NCBI GenBank assembly: GCA_964016885.1
Contig: OZ024747.1
Span: forward strand, 45,508,001 to 45,572,000
DNA: 64,000 nt
DNA from: Eledone cirrhosa
Lineage: Eukaryota
Direction of reading: 5' to 3'
Under the pieces are notes generated by a model, which saw only the letters and a list, made by a program, of their open reading frames with translations, was not told the DNA's origin and ran no database searches. The position numbers and the translations under genes were made by a program. Shown piece after piece: positions 45,225-60,539 of the stretch (position 1 is its first letter; each line of letters begins with the position of its first letter).

Positions 45225-45545
45225 ATAGTCTCTTCTTTTCCCCGAAACTTTCTGCAGCTGCAACCTGGTGCAGTCTGCGATTAACCCGGGTTCTGCTGCA
45301 CGTCGGGCTGAGGAGGCTAAACTCCTCAAATACCAGTCGCTCTCCGTCAGGTTTGCGGTCGTACCCCTGGCAGTGGAGACTTCTGCTGTCCTCAGCCACA
45401 GGACTACCTCCCTACTCACCACCATAGGCGCTGAGCTGGCCAGCCGCAGGTGTGAGCCCCGCGAGTTGGAGTGGCTTTTCCAGTGCATCTCCCTTGCTGT
45501 CCTCTGGGGAAACGCCTTCTCCATTCTGACCGCCAGGACCGTGAG
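45225..45545 (+). pseudogene. Restriction-like endonuclease C-terminus of a CRE-type non-LTR retrotransposon
   Basis: GSAARRAEEAKLLKY...VPLAVET...WLFQCISLAVLWGNAFSIL; GC-rich island. Confidence 0.7.
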
Positions 45546-46222
45546 GGGTGGGGGATCGCGTATCATTCCATATTTAATTATGGTCACTATGTGTATGTTT
45601 ATATGTATTACTTTTATTTTCACTATGATGCTTAAATGTCTCTTCCTTTCTGTTTCTAAACCTGATGCTGTCAAATTTCAAAAGACTAAGTAGATGTTAA
45701 TAGGTGCCACAGGCTGTTGCATTTCACTACCATATAAATTTCACTACCATACAAACACTCTAAATCTGATAAGTATATTTTTGGCTAGGTGTAGTGGACT
45801 TTTGCTTGTTGGGACTGTTAGCAACAATTGAGAAATGTTCTATCCAGGGAAAAATTGGTTTCGCACAAACTAAATCTTCCTAATATTGCTGATATCTGAC
45901 CACATGTTTGTATTTTCTTTCTTTCTTTTTTTTTTATTGGTTTGTGTTTTTTTTATCTAAAATATTTTCTCCCTTAAAAATTAAACATTCTCTTCTTTCA
46001 TGTTAACCATTCCATGGGGGGATAGCATGAGGAACATTAAGGCTTTGTATCCTTTCCTTTAATTGTTAAACAAATATGCTGTTGAAATGCATTGCATTTG
46101 CTCTTTATTTATTAAGCCAGACAAATTCCATTCACAAGAACATGTACAGCATGATAGAAGATAGAACCACATTAATGTGAAGTGAACATCTTATATCACA
46201 CTGACCATGCCTGCACACACAG

Positions 46223-46277
<55 letters not shown>

Positions 46278-46292
46278 TACACACACACACCA

Positions 46293-46637
46293 CATCATCG
46301 TCATCATCATCATCATCACCATTTTATGTCCATTCTTCCGCGCTAGCATGGGTTAGACGGGTTGTCCTTTTGTGAGTAATGCCAGGTTGGGTGACTCTGT
46401 CTTGCTCAGACGGGGACTGATTTTGGCTTGATTTCTACAACTGGATACCTTTCCTAACACCAACCTCATTTACAGTGAGTACTGGGTGCTTTTTTACCGT
46501 GGCACCTACATGACCACGTTACAGTGTGGGCTGGGTGCTTTTTTGTCTTGACACCTCCACAACCACTTTGCAGTGGGAGGAGGTGGGGGCATATTGTCTA
46601 TATGCTTCAGCTTTGGCTTGGACCTGTGGGAGGTCAG
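46293..46637 (-). mobile_element. Diverged 3' end of the 33071-36494 RTE family
   Basis: Aligns with 33071-33390, including the end of the ORF. Confidence 0.8.
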
Positions 46638-46724
46638 ATATATATATATTATCATTGTATATATGTATATATCATTGTCAATATTCAATGTTTAATTTAT
46701 TATACACTCATATATATGTAAAGT

Positions 46725-48075
46725 GTCTGCAGTGCTGAGTCCGGGGAGACTGCTAATCATGGGAGTACTCAATGCATAGGGAGATGCAGAGTGTGTATAG
46801 AGATATGTAAAATCCTGACAGTAGTGCCAAGTGGTTTTGACTTGTGTGTTCAGCTAGCCTTTTCAAGGGTGTAGTGATATTTTTAGGGTGCTAAAAAATA
46901 GGTTACTAGTCTCGGTAGTGCTTTGGTTGAATTTATAATAGTAGTAAACTGGTCTGATGGAGAAGGTAGGGGTGCCAAAGGATGGTAAGTGTTAGATACA
47001 CCGATACACTGTGCTATATTTGGTGATGTTGAGTAGGATATATTCAACGTATTTTAATTGAAAACTCTGTGGTACTGGTGCTATGATGGGAAGTCCTGCT
47101 AGATCATCCCAGTTCTGAGTGAGGCGTGTTGTCACTTCTGCCCTCTGAGGTGGGTTGTACCACTTAACCCTACATTTCCTGTTCCTGTGGTGCTTGCTTG
47201 TGTGCCCCTTGGGCTTCAGCAAATTCTATGTCTTGGTTAAATCCCCACTGCGTTGGAGGGAGTCATTGTAATAGGGTTCATGCTCATGGAAGATCTGCTT
47301 GGTTGCGGACAACGGGGAGATACAGATGGATATATTTTTTGTCAGGTTATAGAACGGGGGTGGTTGGAGTTCCTGTTGATATATTGGAGGGTCTCATTGG
47401 GCTTCCTAAAGGGATAGTATAGTCTGGTTTTGAGGTTCAGTGTGATGTTGAGGAAGTCCACTGAACTCAGGTGGTACTGAATCCAGAATCCCAGGTCAGT
47501 AAAGATATCCAAGAGATCCTTTTTGGTTTGGTCGGTTGCATGGAGGCTGACGTAGTGAAGGGTAAGTAGGCTGTCATTGCGGTACAAGCCCTCTCCAAAT
47601 TGTGGGAAGCAATATTTTAATTTAGACAGTACATAGAGTCCATTCAGATCGGTGACTGTGTCAAGTCACTGGCCCTCATGCCCACATCCAAATAACCCAC
47701 ATGTTACTGTTAATTCTATTCTTTACATAAACATTCTCCCTCAGCTTCTATCCCTGTGTATAAGGCCACTCAGCCCGCCACCCCCTAGTTCTATGACCAT
47801 TATCCCCTTCTCCTCCTAATGCACTCATATCCACTAACCACCCCTACCCCAACCCTCACTACTTCCTTCTCCTGACCCCTTGCCTGTCCAGATACACTTA
47901 CCATCCTTTGGCACCCCTATCTTCTCCATCAGATCAGTTTATTACTATGATAAATTCAACCAAAGCACTACCAAAATTAGTAACCTATTTTTTTGCACCC
48001 TACAAATATTATTACTACACCCTAGAAAAGCGTTGTTGAACACACAAGCCAAAACCACTTGGCACCACAGTTAGG

Positions 48076-48080
<5 letters not shown>
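46725..48080 (-). mobile_element. Penelope-like element relic: RT fragment (about 47000-47700) between diverged inverted repeats (46805-46992, 47898-48080)
   Basis: GLYVL...GLYRND, VDFLNITLNL..YYPFRKPN..YIN.NSNHP, WYNPP motifs. Confidence 0.8.
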
Positions 48081-48127
<47 letters not shown>

Positions 48128-49046
48128 CATGCTTACATACATATATTTGTGGTTGATTAATCTGATCTTTTAATTAAAAGCATTAAATTTTTCTGAGAAA
48201 TTAATTTCACTCTGTAACGTGCTGCAAATTTAAAATGCCTAAGGAGACAACATTAAAAATTGGCATGAAAATAAAAATTACATTCATTTATTCTTTGTTT
48301 ATTTATTGTTTTTTTTTATATAAATTTATTATAACCCTGCTCATTCACCTGTGCCAAAGCACAGATGATGGGTATAAAAATTGCTAAAGTTGTACTCAAA
48401 TGAATCATTAGCGAATTACAGTATGCTCTATTAAACATATCATGCAGTAATTACCATGTCCTTTTTAATTTAAGCCATTAACCTTGAATCATTAAACAGA
48501 GAGAATCGTGGGAGTCATTTAAATTATTTAATAACTCTAGAAGGAAAAATAAATGAATACAATAATAAAAATAAAATAACAATAACAAGAATTAAAATAA
48601 AATATAATAAATGATGATATTAATAATTTTGTTGTCTTGTTTTAAAATAAATATTGACACTTTAAAAATAATAATAAAACAACATTGCATTATAATGAGC
48701 TTTTTAATTGCTAACTCGTTGCTTAGAGACTTAATCCATTACATGGGGATTTATATAGTAAAGTGAAATAAAGAAAGGCATTGCCTTGTGATATAGGGAT
48801 GTCTGTAACGAATTAGTTTAGTTTATCTACAACTACTACATGTAAATACCTATATTTACAAGTACTTGTTGTAAATATAAGTATTTACAGCTACTACATG
48901 TAAATATAGTTAATGTGACCGTTATACAAGAGTATCTAAGTATTTGATTTAGTTTATCTACAATTGTTATTTGTTAACAACTAGGTTAGCTGCAGCTAAT
49001 GTGACTCCAACATGCAATTGAAATGATAGCTTTCTTCTTATTAGAT

Positions 49047-49422
49047 ATAATTGTTTCTACTTTTGGCACAAGGCCAGCAATTATCCGAGTGCATTACTGG
49101 TACTTTATTTTATCGACACCATAAGGATGAAAGGCAAAGTTAACCTTAGCAGGATTTGACCTCACCATAAAGGGTTGTAACTCTATGCTGCAAAGCATGG
49201 CATCCAACCCTCTACCGATACTGCCAATCCACCGCCCTATGAGTTTCTACTTTTGGCACAAGGCCAGCGATTACCCCAGTGCACCACTGATACTTTATTT
49301 TATTGACCTCATAAGGATGAAAGGCAAAGTTAACCTCGGCAGGATTTGAACTCAGAACGCAAAGGGCCATAACTATGTTGCAAGGCATGGCATCTGATGC
49401 TCTACCGATACTGCCAAACCAC
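49047..49422 (-). mobile_element. Two adjacent SINE family A copies (49047-49237, 49243-49422)
   Basis: tRNA-like A box TGGCAGTATCGG, B box GAGTTCAAATCC, core GCCTTTCATCCT..GTCGATAAAATAAAGTACCAG. Confidence 0.85.
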
Positions 49423-50078
49423 TGTTACTAAACTTCCTGAAACCAGCTCTGTTTCTATTTAACAGATCATCCATTTTAAATAGTTCCTATTCAAATTAAC
49501 ATTTTCTAACAATTTTATATAAGAACCATATGTTAAGTTAGTGTCTTAGTAATAAAATAATAATTTTAGCACATCCTTCAAACTTTTTCATTAGTTTTTT
49601 GAAATAGAGTGTATTTTATTAGAAATAAGGTAACAAAAGGGTTAATGCATATATTTTTGTGGTTATTTAGCCCTAGGTCAGTCCTAAGATATCTGACCTA
49701 TAGTCAAAGGACTACCAACTATTTCACCATAGCCGGTTAATGAAGTGTAGGCCATTAGATTAAAATTTGCTCATAACAAATATATTCTAAAATATAAATA
49801 TATATATTTCCAGGGGCTCTATATAACACCATGGATCTGCCTCGTGAAGATTACAAATTATAGATGAAAAGATAATTTGCTTGCAGTGAGAGGAATAATG
49901 GAACTCCTACATGGCAGCTCAACCAGCTAGAAATAGTACTTTAAAAAATTAAAACTTATTAGATAATACTCCTAGGTATACTATGAAGGAAAAAAAAAAA
50001 GAATTGTAGATACAACTGAATAACCTTTGTTCATAGATGTACTCAATCAAGACTGACATGGTCTTAACTTTAAACATT

Positions 50079-50263
50079 TGGATTGGCAGTATTGGAAGAG
50101 GGTTGGACACTATGCTTTGATGCATAGAGTTACGGCCCTTGCCATTCTGAGTTCGAATCCTGCCGAGGTTAACTTTGCCTTTCATCCTTACGGGGTCGAT
50201 AAAATAAAGTACCAGTAATACACTGGGTAATTGCTGGCCTTGTGCCAAAAGTAGAAACAATTA
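50079..50263 (+). mobile_element. SINE family A
   Basis: Full head-core-tail arrangement. Confidence 0.85.
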
Positions 50264-50916
50264 TATACCACATTAGCAAGACATACTTGAAAAGTATAAA
50301 GCAACACTATGACTGTTTCACATTAAAAATTAAAGTTGTTACATTAGTTTACTGTACACTTTCTCAACAAAATGCCCACTAGTAAAGGTTTGAATTAATA
50401 AACCTGATTTTAGATTTTTCTGTCAAATCATTACAGGGCCTTAAGAGTTAAACAAACCACATGTATGCATGTAGTAGTCATTGTTTATTTGTTTACACTT
50501 CTATTTAATATGTCATCATACATGGTATAACTTCTTGCATAGTTACTTCTATATTAACATTCTCATTTCAAAATATACTGGTGCAAAGTTGATTTGATAT
50601 AACATAACTCTGACAAAACCATATATCAGTTGCTATACAGATTTAGCATATGCAAACCAAAGGGAGAACGAATTTGTAGGTGGGACTGTTGGTGTAGACC
50701 TGTGATTTTAAAGGAAATGGACTACCTGTAACCCTCATATAACAAATATTTATTTAGCACTGATTTCTAAAATACTTGAGAAATGGAGTCTATATCTCAC
50801 ATCTGGCCAGCTTTGCATGGGCTTGGGTATATGTAGGTATATAAGGGGTTGATTGTACAATTTCAATAGATACAACAGCTGATGAAAATCAATCCATATT
50901 AAATGAATAGCTAAAA

Positions 50917-51110
50917 ATAATTGTTTCTACTTTTTTGGCACAAGGCCAGCAATTACCCAGTGTATTACTGGTACTTTATTTTATCGACCCCCATAAGGAT
51001 GAAAGGCAAAGTTAACCTCGGCAGGATTTGAACTCAGAATGGCAAGGGCTGCAACTCTATGCATCAAAGCATGGCACCCGACCCTCTACCGATACTGCCA
51101 ATCCACCACC
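50917..51110 (-). mobile_element. SINE family A with TSD-like ATGAATAGCTAAAAATA
   Basis: ATGAATAGCTAAAAATA at about 50903 and 51111 flanks the copy. Confidence 0.85.
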
Positions 51111-53461
51111 ATGAATAGCTAAAAATACTGATCTGAGTTCACAAAATCATATTTATTCATGAGGTGTAAGGATAGGTGAGATTTGATGTTTTGGGTAAGC
51201 TGCTCCCAACAAACCTCTGATTTCTGCAAAGAAGATGTTAGCACTTATCTCTCTCCTCATATAACACAAAGATAAACTTACTTAGACCAGATAACTAAAA
51301 CAAACTAAAACAAACTAAAAAGAAAAAAGAAAAAAAGACAAAACATCTGAACTAATGAACTTGGACTTTATTTGAGAATCTCTTTTACAACAATAATAAT
51401 AAAATGTGTTTCACAGATAGAATTACATGAATCAAATTTTAAGAAATGTAATTATTTCTCTAGAGTATTAAGAACGATATTATTGAGAAGACTGCAAAGC
51501 ACAAAACTCTCATGTCAATCGTTAAAAGGTGGAGAATGAAGTGATTTGGTCATGTGATATGACAACCATGATATTCTACCTCTAGTGAATACATGAACAA
51601 ATCTCTGGGAAGAAGTATTTGAAGACCACAAAGAATGTGGTTAAGCACCATCAAGGAATAGACAGATGATGAATGACATAAAGTTGGTTGATATGGTAGG
51701 GTCTCTATATATTATATAGTCTGTTGGAAAACTTCAACTATTTGAGATTATACAAGTGATTAATAAGAAAAAACTCCCTTTAGGAGTCTTTAAAATGTAA
51801 AAAAAAAAAAACAACAACAAAGAAAATGGCTTCAGTAAGATCAGTTGATAGACGTTTTTTGGACAATCCAGAATAAAGAATACATATTGGAATGGATGTA
51901 ATCTTTAAAGCCAACCAGTGAAGACATTGTCAGGTTTGTTAATTATCAGGATAGATACAAATAGAGAAGTTGTGACTCTTGTACCCTTAGCAGGGGTGAT
52001 GGAAGCATTTCTGATTGGGTGGTGGTGTAAATTTGGTCAATTTAGTTGTAGTGATTAGTTTAGTTGTTATTAATAAGTATCACCCAAGATATAAAAAACA
52101 TTGATATGTGATAAACATAACATATACATAAATTGTAGCGCATGCACAAATAGATGTGTGTTTTGGTATTTTGGGGAGAAAAATATAATTATTGAGGGAG
52201 CCATGGTCCCTCTGGCACCCCAGTTCCACTGCCTCTGTTAGAGCTACCTGAAGCTACAATAGTAATGACAATGATAATGAGCTCTAGTGGTAACACAATT
52301 TCTTCTCTTATATCATATCATCAACTGTTCAAACCTGATGCTTCATAGAATTAGTGTGCCGCTATAACCTGCACAACAATAATGAAACCATAACAATTCT
52401 ACTATCATATGAACTAACATAACAGATGCCTTTTTCACGTTTTGTACAGTAGGACATTTGTGAAAAAAAAAAAAAATAATACAATGAAAAACAAATTCTG
52501 TTACAATTACTGAACTAAAATGTTCAATTTTCACGTCTACCCAATCATGGCAATCTTCCAAGTCTACTTATATATGTGTACATATATACATACACGCACA
52601 CATAAGTATATGTAAATACATAGATATCAGATTAATGTATGGCATACCTTTAGACATTCGCGCTATTGTTTTTAGTTTATATATATATATATATATCTGT
52701 CTTATCTGAATGTATGTCTATCATTCTATTAATCAATCAATATATATATCTATCCATCTACATCTCTATCTATACACGTAGCTAGCTAGGTTCTTGCTGT
52801 TTAGTTCCAGATTCTTAGCCCTTATTAAGCAGACGTATGACCGAAAGTATTCTACAACATTTACAAAATATTTAATGAATCTTTCTTTAGGTTTTTAGGT
52901 TTATAAGAAAATGATTATGATTTTAGGGAGACTTCACTGCTGTTGTTACAATGTATGGGTGATCATGTTCAGGCTCTTGTCTCACCCTGATTGTATTAAT
53001 ACACAATTTAGTAATATAGTATTGTGCATTAACTAGCCAGGCGGTCTGACTACCTACCTTACTTATCCATCTATCCATCTATACCTAGCTAACTATCTAC
53101 ATTTATCTATGTATCTCACTCAATCTCTCTCATTATATATAGATATAAAAATATAACCACATGTTATTCCATCTATCTGACTGTCCTGTCAGGCAGTCTG
53201 TTACATTTATTTTTTAATTTTATATATTAGTTTATTACCTTATTGTTTCCTCTTTATTTTATTTCCCAGTCACGTTCTCTCACCAATTACTTATTTTGTC
53301 TTCATTTTACAATCTGAAACACTTTCTACTTTTTCCACTCAGCCTATTCTTTGTTATTCATTCATATAACAGTCCCATCTTTACTTACCTTCATATACAC
53401 ATATATATATATATATTCACACGTATACATGTATATGTTTATATGTATATACACATATATG

Positions 53462-53492
<31 letters not shown>

Positions 53493-53996
53493 GTGTATGT
53501 GTGTGTGTGAATGTGTATGTGTGCTTGTGCATGTGTGCATTTGTGTATAATATATATATTATATGCAAAAGTTGGGGAGAGGAAAATACGTCATCTCGAC
53601 TGCATTCAAGCAACAACATGCTGCAAGTTAGCTGTAAGTCTTACAGCTTTGGTTATTAGATAAACTTTCTATGTTATTCATTTCCACTGTTTACATCCTT
53701 GTCAAGAAGGTAATTAGGTTTATGGGTTTTATATAAATTTTGTATATGCATATATGCATGACATACACATAATATAATGTAATATAATATAATACAGTAT
53801 AATATATATGATGTGTCTACAATATATATAAATATATTTGATATATATACACATACATACACACACATATATGATATATAGGATATATATAAACTAATAT
53901 ATATATATATATTTATATTTATATATATATATATATACATATATATATACATATATATACATATATACATATATATATATACATATATATATATAC

Positions 53997-54077
<81 letters not shown>

Positions 54078-54080
54078 TAA

Positions 54081-54111
<31 letters not shown>

Positions 54112-54865
54112 GTAGGTATATATAAGTCCTTGTAAAGTATATATTATATATACATGAGTGTGTGTATATATGTGTGTGTCTGCATATGTGTTTATGTTTA
54201 TGTATCTATGTATGTATATATGTGTGTATGTATGTGTGCGTGCATGTATATGTATATGAACATGTCTGTATGTATGTTTAAACCATTCTAGTTGTTCGAT
54301 GAAGGAAGAAATACTCCATAAGCAGTTTAGAAATAGAATAAAACTTATAAGGAAAATTGAGGGGAAAGAAAAACTTGATGTGTATTCATGTAAAAGGAAT
54401 ATCACCAATTTATTCAAACACTGTAACAAGAAAATATAAAAAAAAATATATAAGAGTGAAAAACCAGGGAGATAGAGAGCATCAGAAAAATAATAGAGGA
54501 AGAGATGGAGAGAAATTGAGAATGAATATTAAGGGAAAGAGTTTGGGTATTTATTTGAATGAACCAATAAGCCATTTTCCTGTAAAGAACATAATAATAA
54601 AAAGATGGGCAGTAATGTATGTTCTGTGAAATTTTTTTTGAAAAGAAGATTATATATGAGCAATGGATTCCATATAGAATCTAGAATATTGTTTTTCCAT
54701 TTTCTACTCCAGTTGACAGAACCTTCAGCATTGTAATAAAGAACTTGGACAGCTATTAATACAGCTCTGAATGCATGAATATAGAAATTTACAAAGTTGT
54801 TTATTTGTTCTATGTATGCTTCGGCATAAAAGCACACGCACATACATACATGCATACATATATCT

Positions 54866-54932
<67 letters not shown>

Positions 54933-54952
54933 CATATATACATATATATATT

Positions 54953-54994
54953 TTAACTTTGGTGATCGTACGAGAACCGGTGTTTTCAGCGTGA

Positions 54995-54997
<3 letters not shown>
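54953..54997 (-). pseudogene. 45-nt 5S rRNA fragment embedded in (TA)n
   Basis: ATATCACGCTGAAAACACCGGTTCTCGTACGATCACCAAAGTTAA resembles invertebrate 5S rRNA nt ~11-55. Confidence 0.75.
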
Positions 54998-55072
<75 letters not shown>

Positions 55073-55103
55073 CATATACATACATATATATATATATATA
55101 CAT

Positions 55104-55146
<43 letters not shown>

Positions 55147-55154
55147 CATACATA

Positions 55155-55191
<37 letters not shown>

Positions 55192-55244
55192 ACACACACA
55201 CATATATATGTATATATATATATATGTGTGTATGTATATATACA

Positions 55245-55377
<133 letters not shown>

Positions 55378-57054
55378 GTATATTCATAAATACATTTATA
55401 CATATATATACAAATGTGTGTGTATGTATGTGCTTATTTATATGTATGTGCTTATTTATATGTAGTTTGAAATTCTATATTATAAGTATAAAGTTATGTT
55501 AATTTTTGTATACTGTCATACATCTGACTGTATGTCTTTTGAATAAATAGCATTGTAAAGGTGTGCATGTTTCTTTGGTTATATAGATACACATGAATGC
55601 ATATTGATATATGTATATACCATCTCTGTCTCTCTTTTTCTTGAATATATTTATATATATATATATATGTGTGTGAGTGTGTGTGTGTGTGTGTATGATC
55701 TTTGTGTGTCAGCTAATAGAACAAATTCACATTTTTTAAAGCCATTACTGTTAAACTTGTTTTCTTTTTCTTCTCATACTGTCTCTGTCTCTCTCACTCA
55801 ACTTCTCTCTTTTTCTATCTCACTCAATCTCTCTCTTTCTCTCTTGTCCTCTCTCTCTCCTTCCCTACCTTTCCCCCACCTCTCTGTCTCTTCAATCCAA
55901 GTGTTCCCTTCACAATCAATATATTTCAGCCTGTTCACTAAAAATTTTGAAGAAAATTATGTATGGATTTCTGGAGCAGATGGACTTTTAAGCAATTCAA
56001 TTGTTTCATAGTAGTGGAAAGATTTAATACTCAGGAATTTAATGAAGTATTCGGAATTGTTTAATCTATTGGAGAAAGACTGAGTGAAAAGAATTCCAGA
56101 GAAGCACGTAATTCAATATTCCTCCATTTCTAAACTCATTTGTGTAATGTTGTGATGTATTTTAAACCCATCCTAGCGGGTTAAAAAAGAAATCTGAAGA
56201 AATTTGCAAATCATTAGGTACAGTAATGGGACTGCTCATCATAACTTGCTGAAAATTACATATGGCTGACACTTGATTTGCTCTTTTTTCACTTTTCCTA
56301 ACATGGAAGGAAAGGATAACCAAGAAAGGATAATATAATTAATAGTCGTTAGCGCTTGGTAAATGAGGAGTAAACAGGAGTAGAGAAGGAGTAATAAAGT
56401 GATATGCACGTCAGAATTAGATGAGTTATTTGGTATATTGTATTTCAAAGGTTGCAAGAAAACATTTTCACATTTGTAACTAAGATCTTAGCAGACATAG
56501 TAAGACAGGTGATCCTAGGTGGAATTAGGTTGGAATGATGCTAAGACAAATGAGAAAAGATGAACTGATGCTGGCATAGGAAATCTGGCTCATGCATCAT
56601 GCTTGCTGAAAATGTCTTATTGTATTTCTAGTGAAAGACATTTAATTTTGCATTACCTATGTTTACATAACTATAGAGGTACTTTCACTGGATATTTATA
56701 TATCATTCTTACTGAACAGCAAAGTTTCTCATTCTATTGCTAACCTATCAGCCATGAAATGTGAGTGGAATGAGTTGTCAGCCAAGCACAGTATTTTGTG
56801 TTCATTTACTTTTGTAACAAGCCAGTATATTATATTCTAGAACAGGAAAGAAGAATCTGTTTTGTTTTGTTTTTGTTTGTTTTTTTCAAAATTAAAACAT
56901 TATAGCCAAGACGTATAAAATGTTTATATAATTAAAATTATTTTGTTTCTGATGAAAATAATTTTCTGAAGTGAGTCTTCATCTCACAAAGCTCATAATC
57001 AAAATAATTGAAAGTACGATGATGTATAAGCTCCACTGATGAGGCTATAATAAC

Positions 57055-57222
57055 AATTGTTTCTACTTTTGGCACAAGGCTAGCAATTACCCAAGTGCAT
57101 TACTGGTATTTTATTTTATCAACCCCATAAGGATGAAAGGCAAAGTTAACCTCGGCGGGATTTCAACTCAGAATGGCAAGGGCCGTAACTCTATGCATCA
57201 AAGCATGGTGTCCGACCCTCTA
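57055..57222 (-). mobile_element. SINE family A, 5'-truncated
   Basis: Same core and tail as the other copies. Confidence 0.8.
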
Positions 57223-58216
57223 ATATACTTGTATATATGATTAAAATAGTATAAACCATTGACTAATATCATTTTACTTCTCACCATTTAATTATTTCTA
57301 GTTAATATTTTAATGCTCTCAGTGTTAGATATGTTAACATAAGATAACATCAAATGTTTCAGTAACAAATTTCTCATTATTAAGCTAATATTTGACCATA
57401 ACTTAAGAAAGATTCTTACATAAAATTATGATGAAAAGTTTTAGATAAATGTTAACAATTAACACAAACAATTTTAGAATCAAGGTCAATTTGGTATTAA
57501 AAATATGACAATTTGTTCATACTATCTTAACTTTAATTGAAATCTTAATTATATGGTATTACTGGTCCTTAAGTCCCCTAGCCTTGACAGATAAGAGTAT
57601 TAATACCAGCATGATTTGAACTCAGAATAGAAAGTGGAGAAAGCTAAATAGTGTTGTACAGTATATAACCATCTTTGACAATAACTTACTACATTTATTA
57701 AAAACAAAAACGGAGAAGAAGAAAACATTACATTTTAAAGGGAAATCACAATAAAATATTAGTCAGATATACAAAATTCATTAACTTAAACATTTCCATA
57801 AATTTATAGATGTCTATGAATTCTGTTTATGTAAATATTAATGCACTAAGAATTGTTGATAGCTTAATCAATGAAATTAAAGAAATCTTTAGAAGTCTTG
57901 ATATTTATCAGATAAAGGTTTAGCTGGATAAATGTTAATTCTACATTGATGATATCTCAAACATTTTCAGTTAGATAAGAAATGGGATATGAGTGGACTG
58001 TTTCATATAAAATCATTGAAAGTCATTTTAAATTGATAAAGTAAAATGTTATCAGCTAATATCTACTAGTACTATGAGTAACTTTTCAAATGAAAAAAAT
58101 ACTGATTGGTTCTGACTAGGCATAAGGCCAATAATTTGAGTGCAAAAATGTAGTTCTTGAGTGGTATCATTAAAAAATTATCACTGGATAAGAATATCGT
58201 TTCACATATGGCAAAC

Positions 58217-58264
<48 letters not shown>

Positions 58265-60074
58265 CTTAATAAGGATAAACAATGTTATTGGTTCTGGACT
58301 AGGCACAAAGCCAATCATTACAAATACTAAAGGGCGAAAGTACAGCTCTTGATCGATATCAATAAAAAAAACCCACTAAATAAAAAATAATTTTATGAAT
58401 GACACTATATATATATTATTCTTATATTAAAAAAATAGTATTGATTGGGTTCTGACTAAGCAGAAGCCAATCATTGGAGGGACATGTTATAGCTCTTGAA
58501 AGTCTCCCATTAAAACATATATAACTGGATAGAAAATATCTTTTAATAATGTTAAAACATTTAAAATCTTTCATTTGTTTTAGAAAGGTCTTAATAAACA
58601 CCATTTTGCTATAAATGATTCCAAAATATTAAAAGCGAATAATGATTTTTTTTCCCCTTAGATGCACAAAGTTATTTTTTAAAGCAAATAATGGTATAAT
58701 CTGTTGAATTAACCTTCATATATTACTGCTATTGTCCTATATAATTTATTAATCAGCAGCAAATACATGTACATTGATTTAGGCAGAAGTTAAAATATCA
58801 AAACTTAAGCAGAACAAATGTATATATATAAATAACTGTTTGACTTCTACTTTAATGTCCATGCCATTTATATCACTACTGTTGAAATTAAAATTGAAGA
58901 GCTATGCAACATTTTTATTCAAGTAAATATCATTTTTGTAGCTGTTTAGCTGTAGGTGAGCTCTTAACTAGCAGATCTTTGATGAAAGGATTATAGACTT
59001 AATCACTCATCAAGTTTAACACCAAGACTTAGCTCTTATATACTGCTACCAAGGTTCACTCAATTATAAGCATTCAAGACAGGTCTCCAAGCTCAAGAAC
59101 ACATTTTTGTTATTCACCAGGGAGTAGAATAGAGTCATCAGCACTGTCCTTCCTATCCTAACTAAAAATAACGAAACAAACAAAAAGTCCATTTTAGCTA
59201 TTTCAAGAAAACATTTGACCATCTTGACATAATGTCTATAATTGTGGTTTGACCCCTTGTTAAATTTGATGGAGAAAATGTTTGATCAAATTCTAGCTAT
59301 GACAACTCCATCGTTCTAGAAGTATCTAGGACTACATTATACAATGTATCCATCTTCGTTTAAAGTAATGCAGTTTGATTTGATGGTAGGTATAACTCCT
59401 GTTTCTAGCATGCTAAGCTACCACATAGCTGATTTTCTTTTGTTGACTAAATGTCTCTGGTGTCTAACTGTTGTGTACAGGGTACATTTGATGGAGAAGT
59501 GTTGTGCATAATAGTATTTCATATTTATATTAACATAATTAGTCACATGGATAATTGTGTCATTTACTGACATGATCAATTATTGATAAGAATGACTTCA
59601 TTATCAGGAATTAATTTAGACATTTAATTGATAACACATTTTATGTTAAATATTTATTGTTTCAAACTGCAATGATATTGTAATTTGTATCTTAATATTT
59701 CATAGTGCTATAGTTCAGCTAATCAGTTAAACTCTTCTAACATGTAAAGTCCATTACATTGATGAAACTGATAATGGTTAGCTGCCATAACGTTTTTATC
59801 ATCCCCCCCATTTTCTAAAAAAAAAAGAAAAAGAAAAACATTGACATGTCTATGGAGTTAGGAAGTTTGCTTTGCTTCAAAACTATGTAGATTCCATTCT
59901 TTTCATTGTGAATATGGTAGTGATTTTCTATATGAATCAATTTAATTTCACTGCTTGATTTTCTCTAAAAACAAATGGTATTTCTTTACATTTACCCAAA
60001 GAAGGCAAACATTTTATTTTACCATTTTTTTCTTATCAATCACAAATATAAGAGATGATATTCATTATATGTAT

Positions 60075-60275
60075 AGCACAGGGCAGAATTATTAGAGCAT
60101 CGGAAAAATGTTGTGCAGCATCTAGTTACTGCCTATTATGTTCTGCGTTAAAATCCCTCTGAGTTCAACTTTGCTTTTCATTCTTCCAGGATCGATAAAT
60201 TAAAGTACCAGTAACATACTGGTGTCGATGTAATCAACTTCCTCTTTTCTCAAATTGTTGGCCTAGTATATAAAT
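60075..60275 (+). mobile_element. Diverged SINE A relative
   Basis: CTTTGCTTTTCATTCTTCCAGGATCGATAAATTAAAGTACCAG core. Confidence 0.65.
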
Positions 60276-60539
60276 TTAAAAAATATTTTATGTACAGCAG
60301 TGAACAAGAATGCTAAACACCTGCAATTCAAATGAAGCTTGTGTGATACTGCGAGAATAAATGAAATATCCTTGTATTATGAATTACAAAACATTTATTC
60401 TCTTACTGGTTCAGTTTGGTGGTTACTTTTATAGATGTTGTGATTTTCCCATTTTAAATTCAAACAGCACAAAGTTGCCCCATAGCTCTGAATGAACTAA
60501 ACTTTGGTTTGTTAATGTTATGAAAAAAATACTGAAAAC

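Noticed and set aside
51990-52236. hAT-like MITE with imperfect TIRs
   Set aside because: No target site duplication and weak TIR match.
58100-58545. Three short repeats TTGGTTCTGACTAGGCA
   Set aside because: Diverged local duplication resembling SINE tails; irregular spacing, not CRISPR-like.
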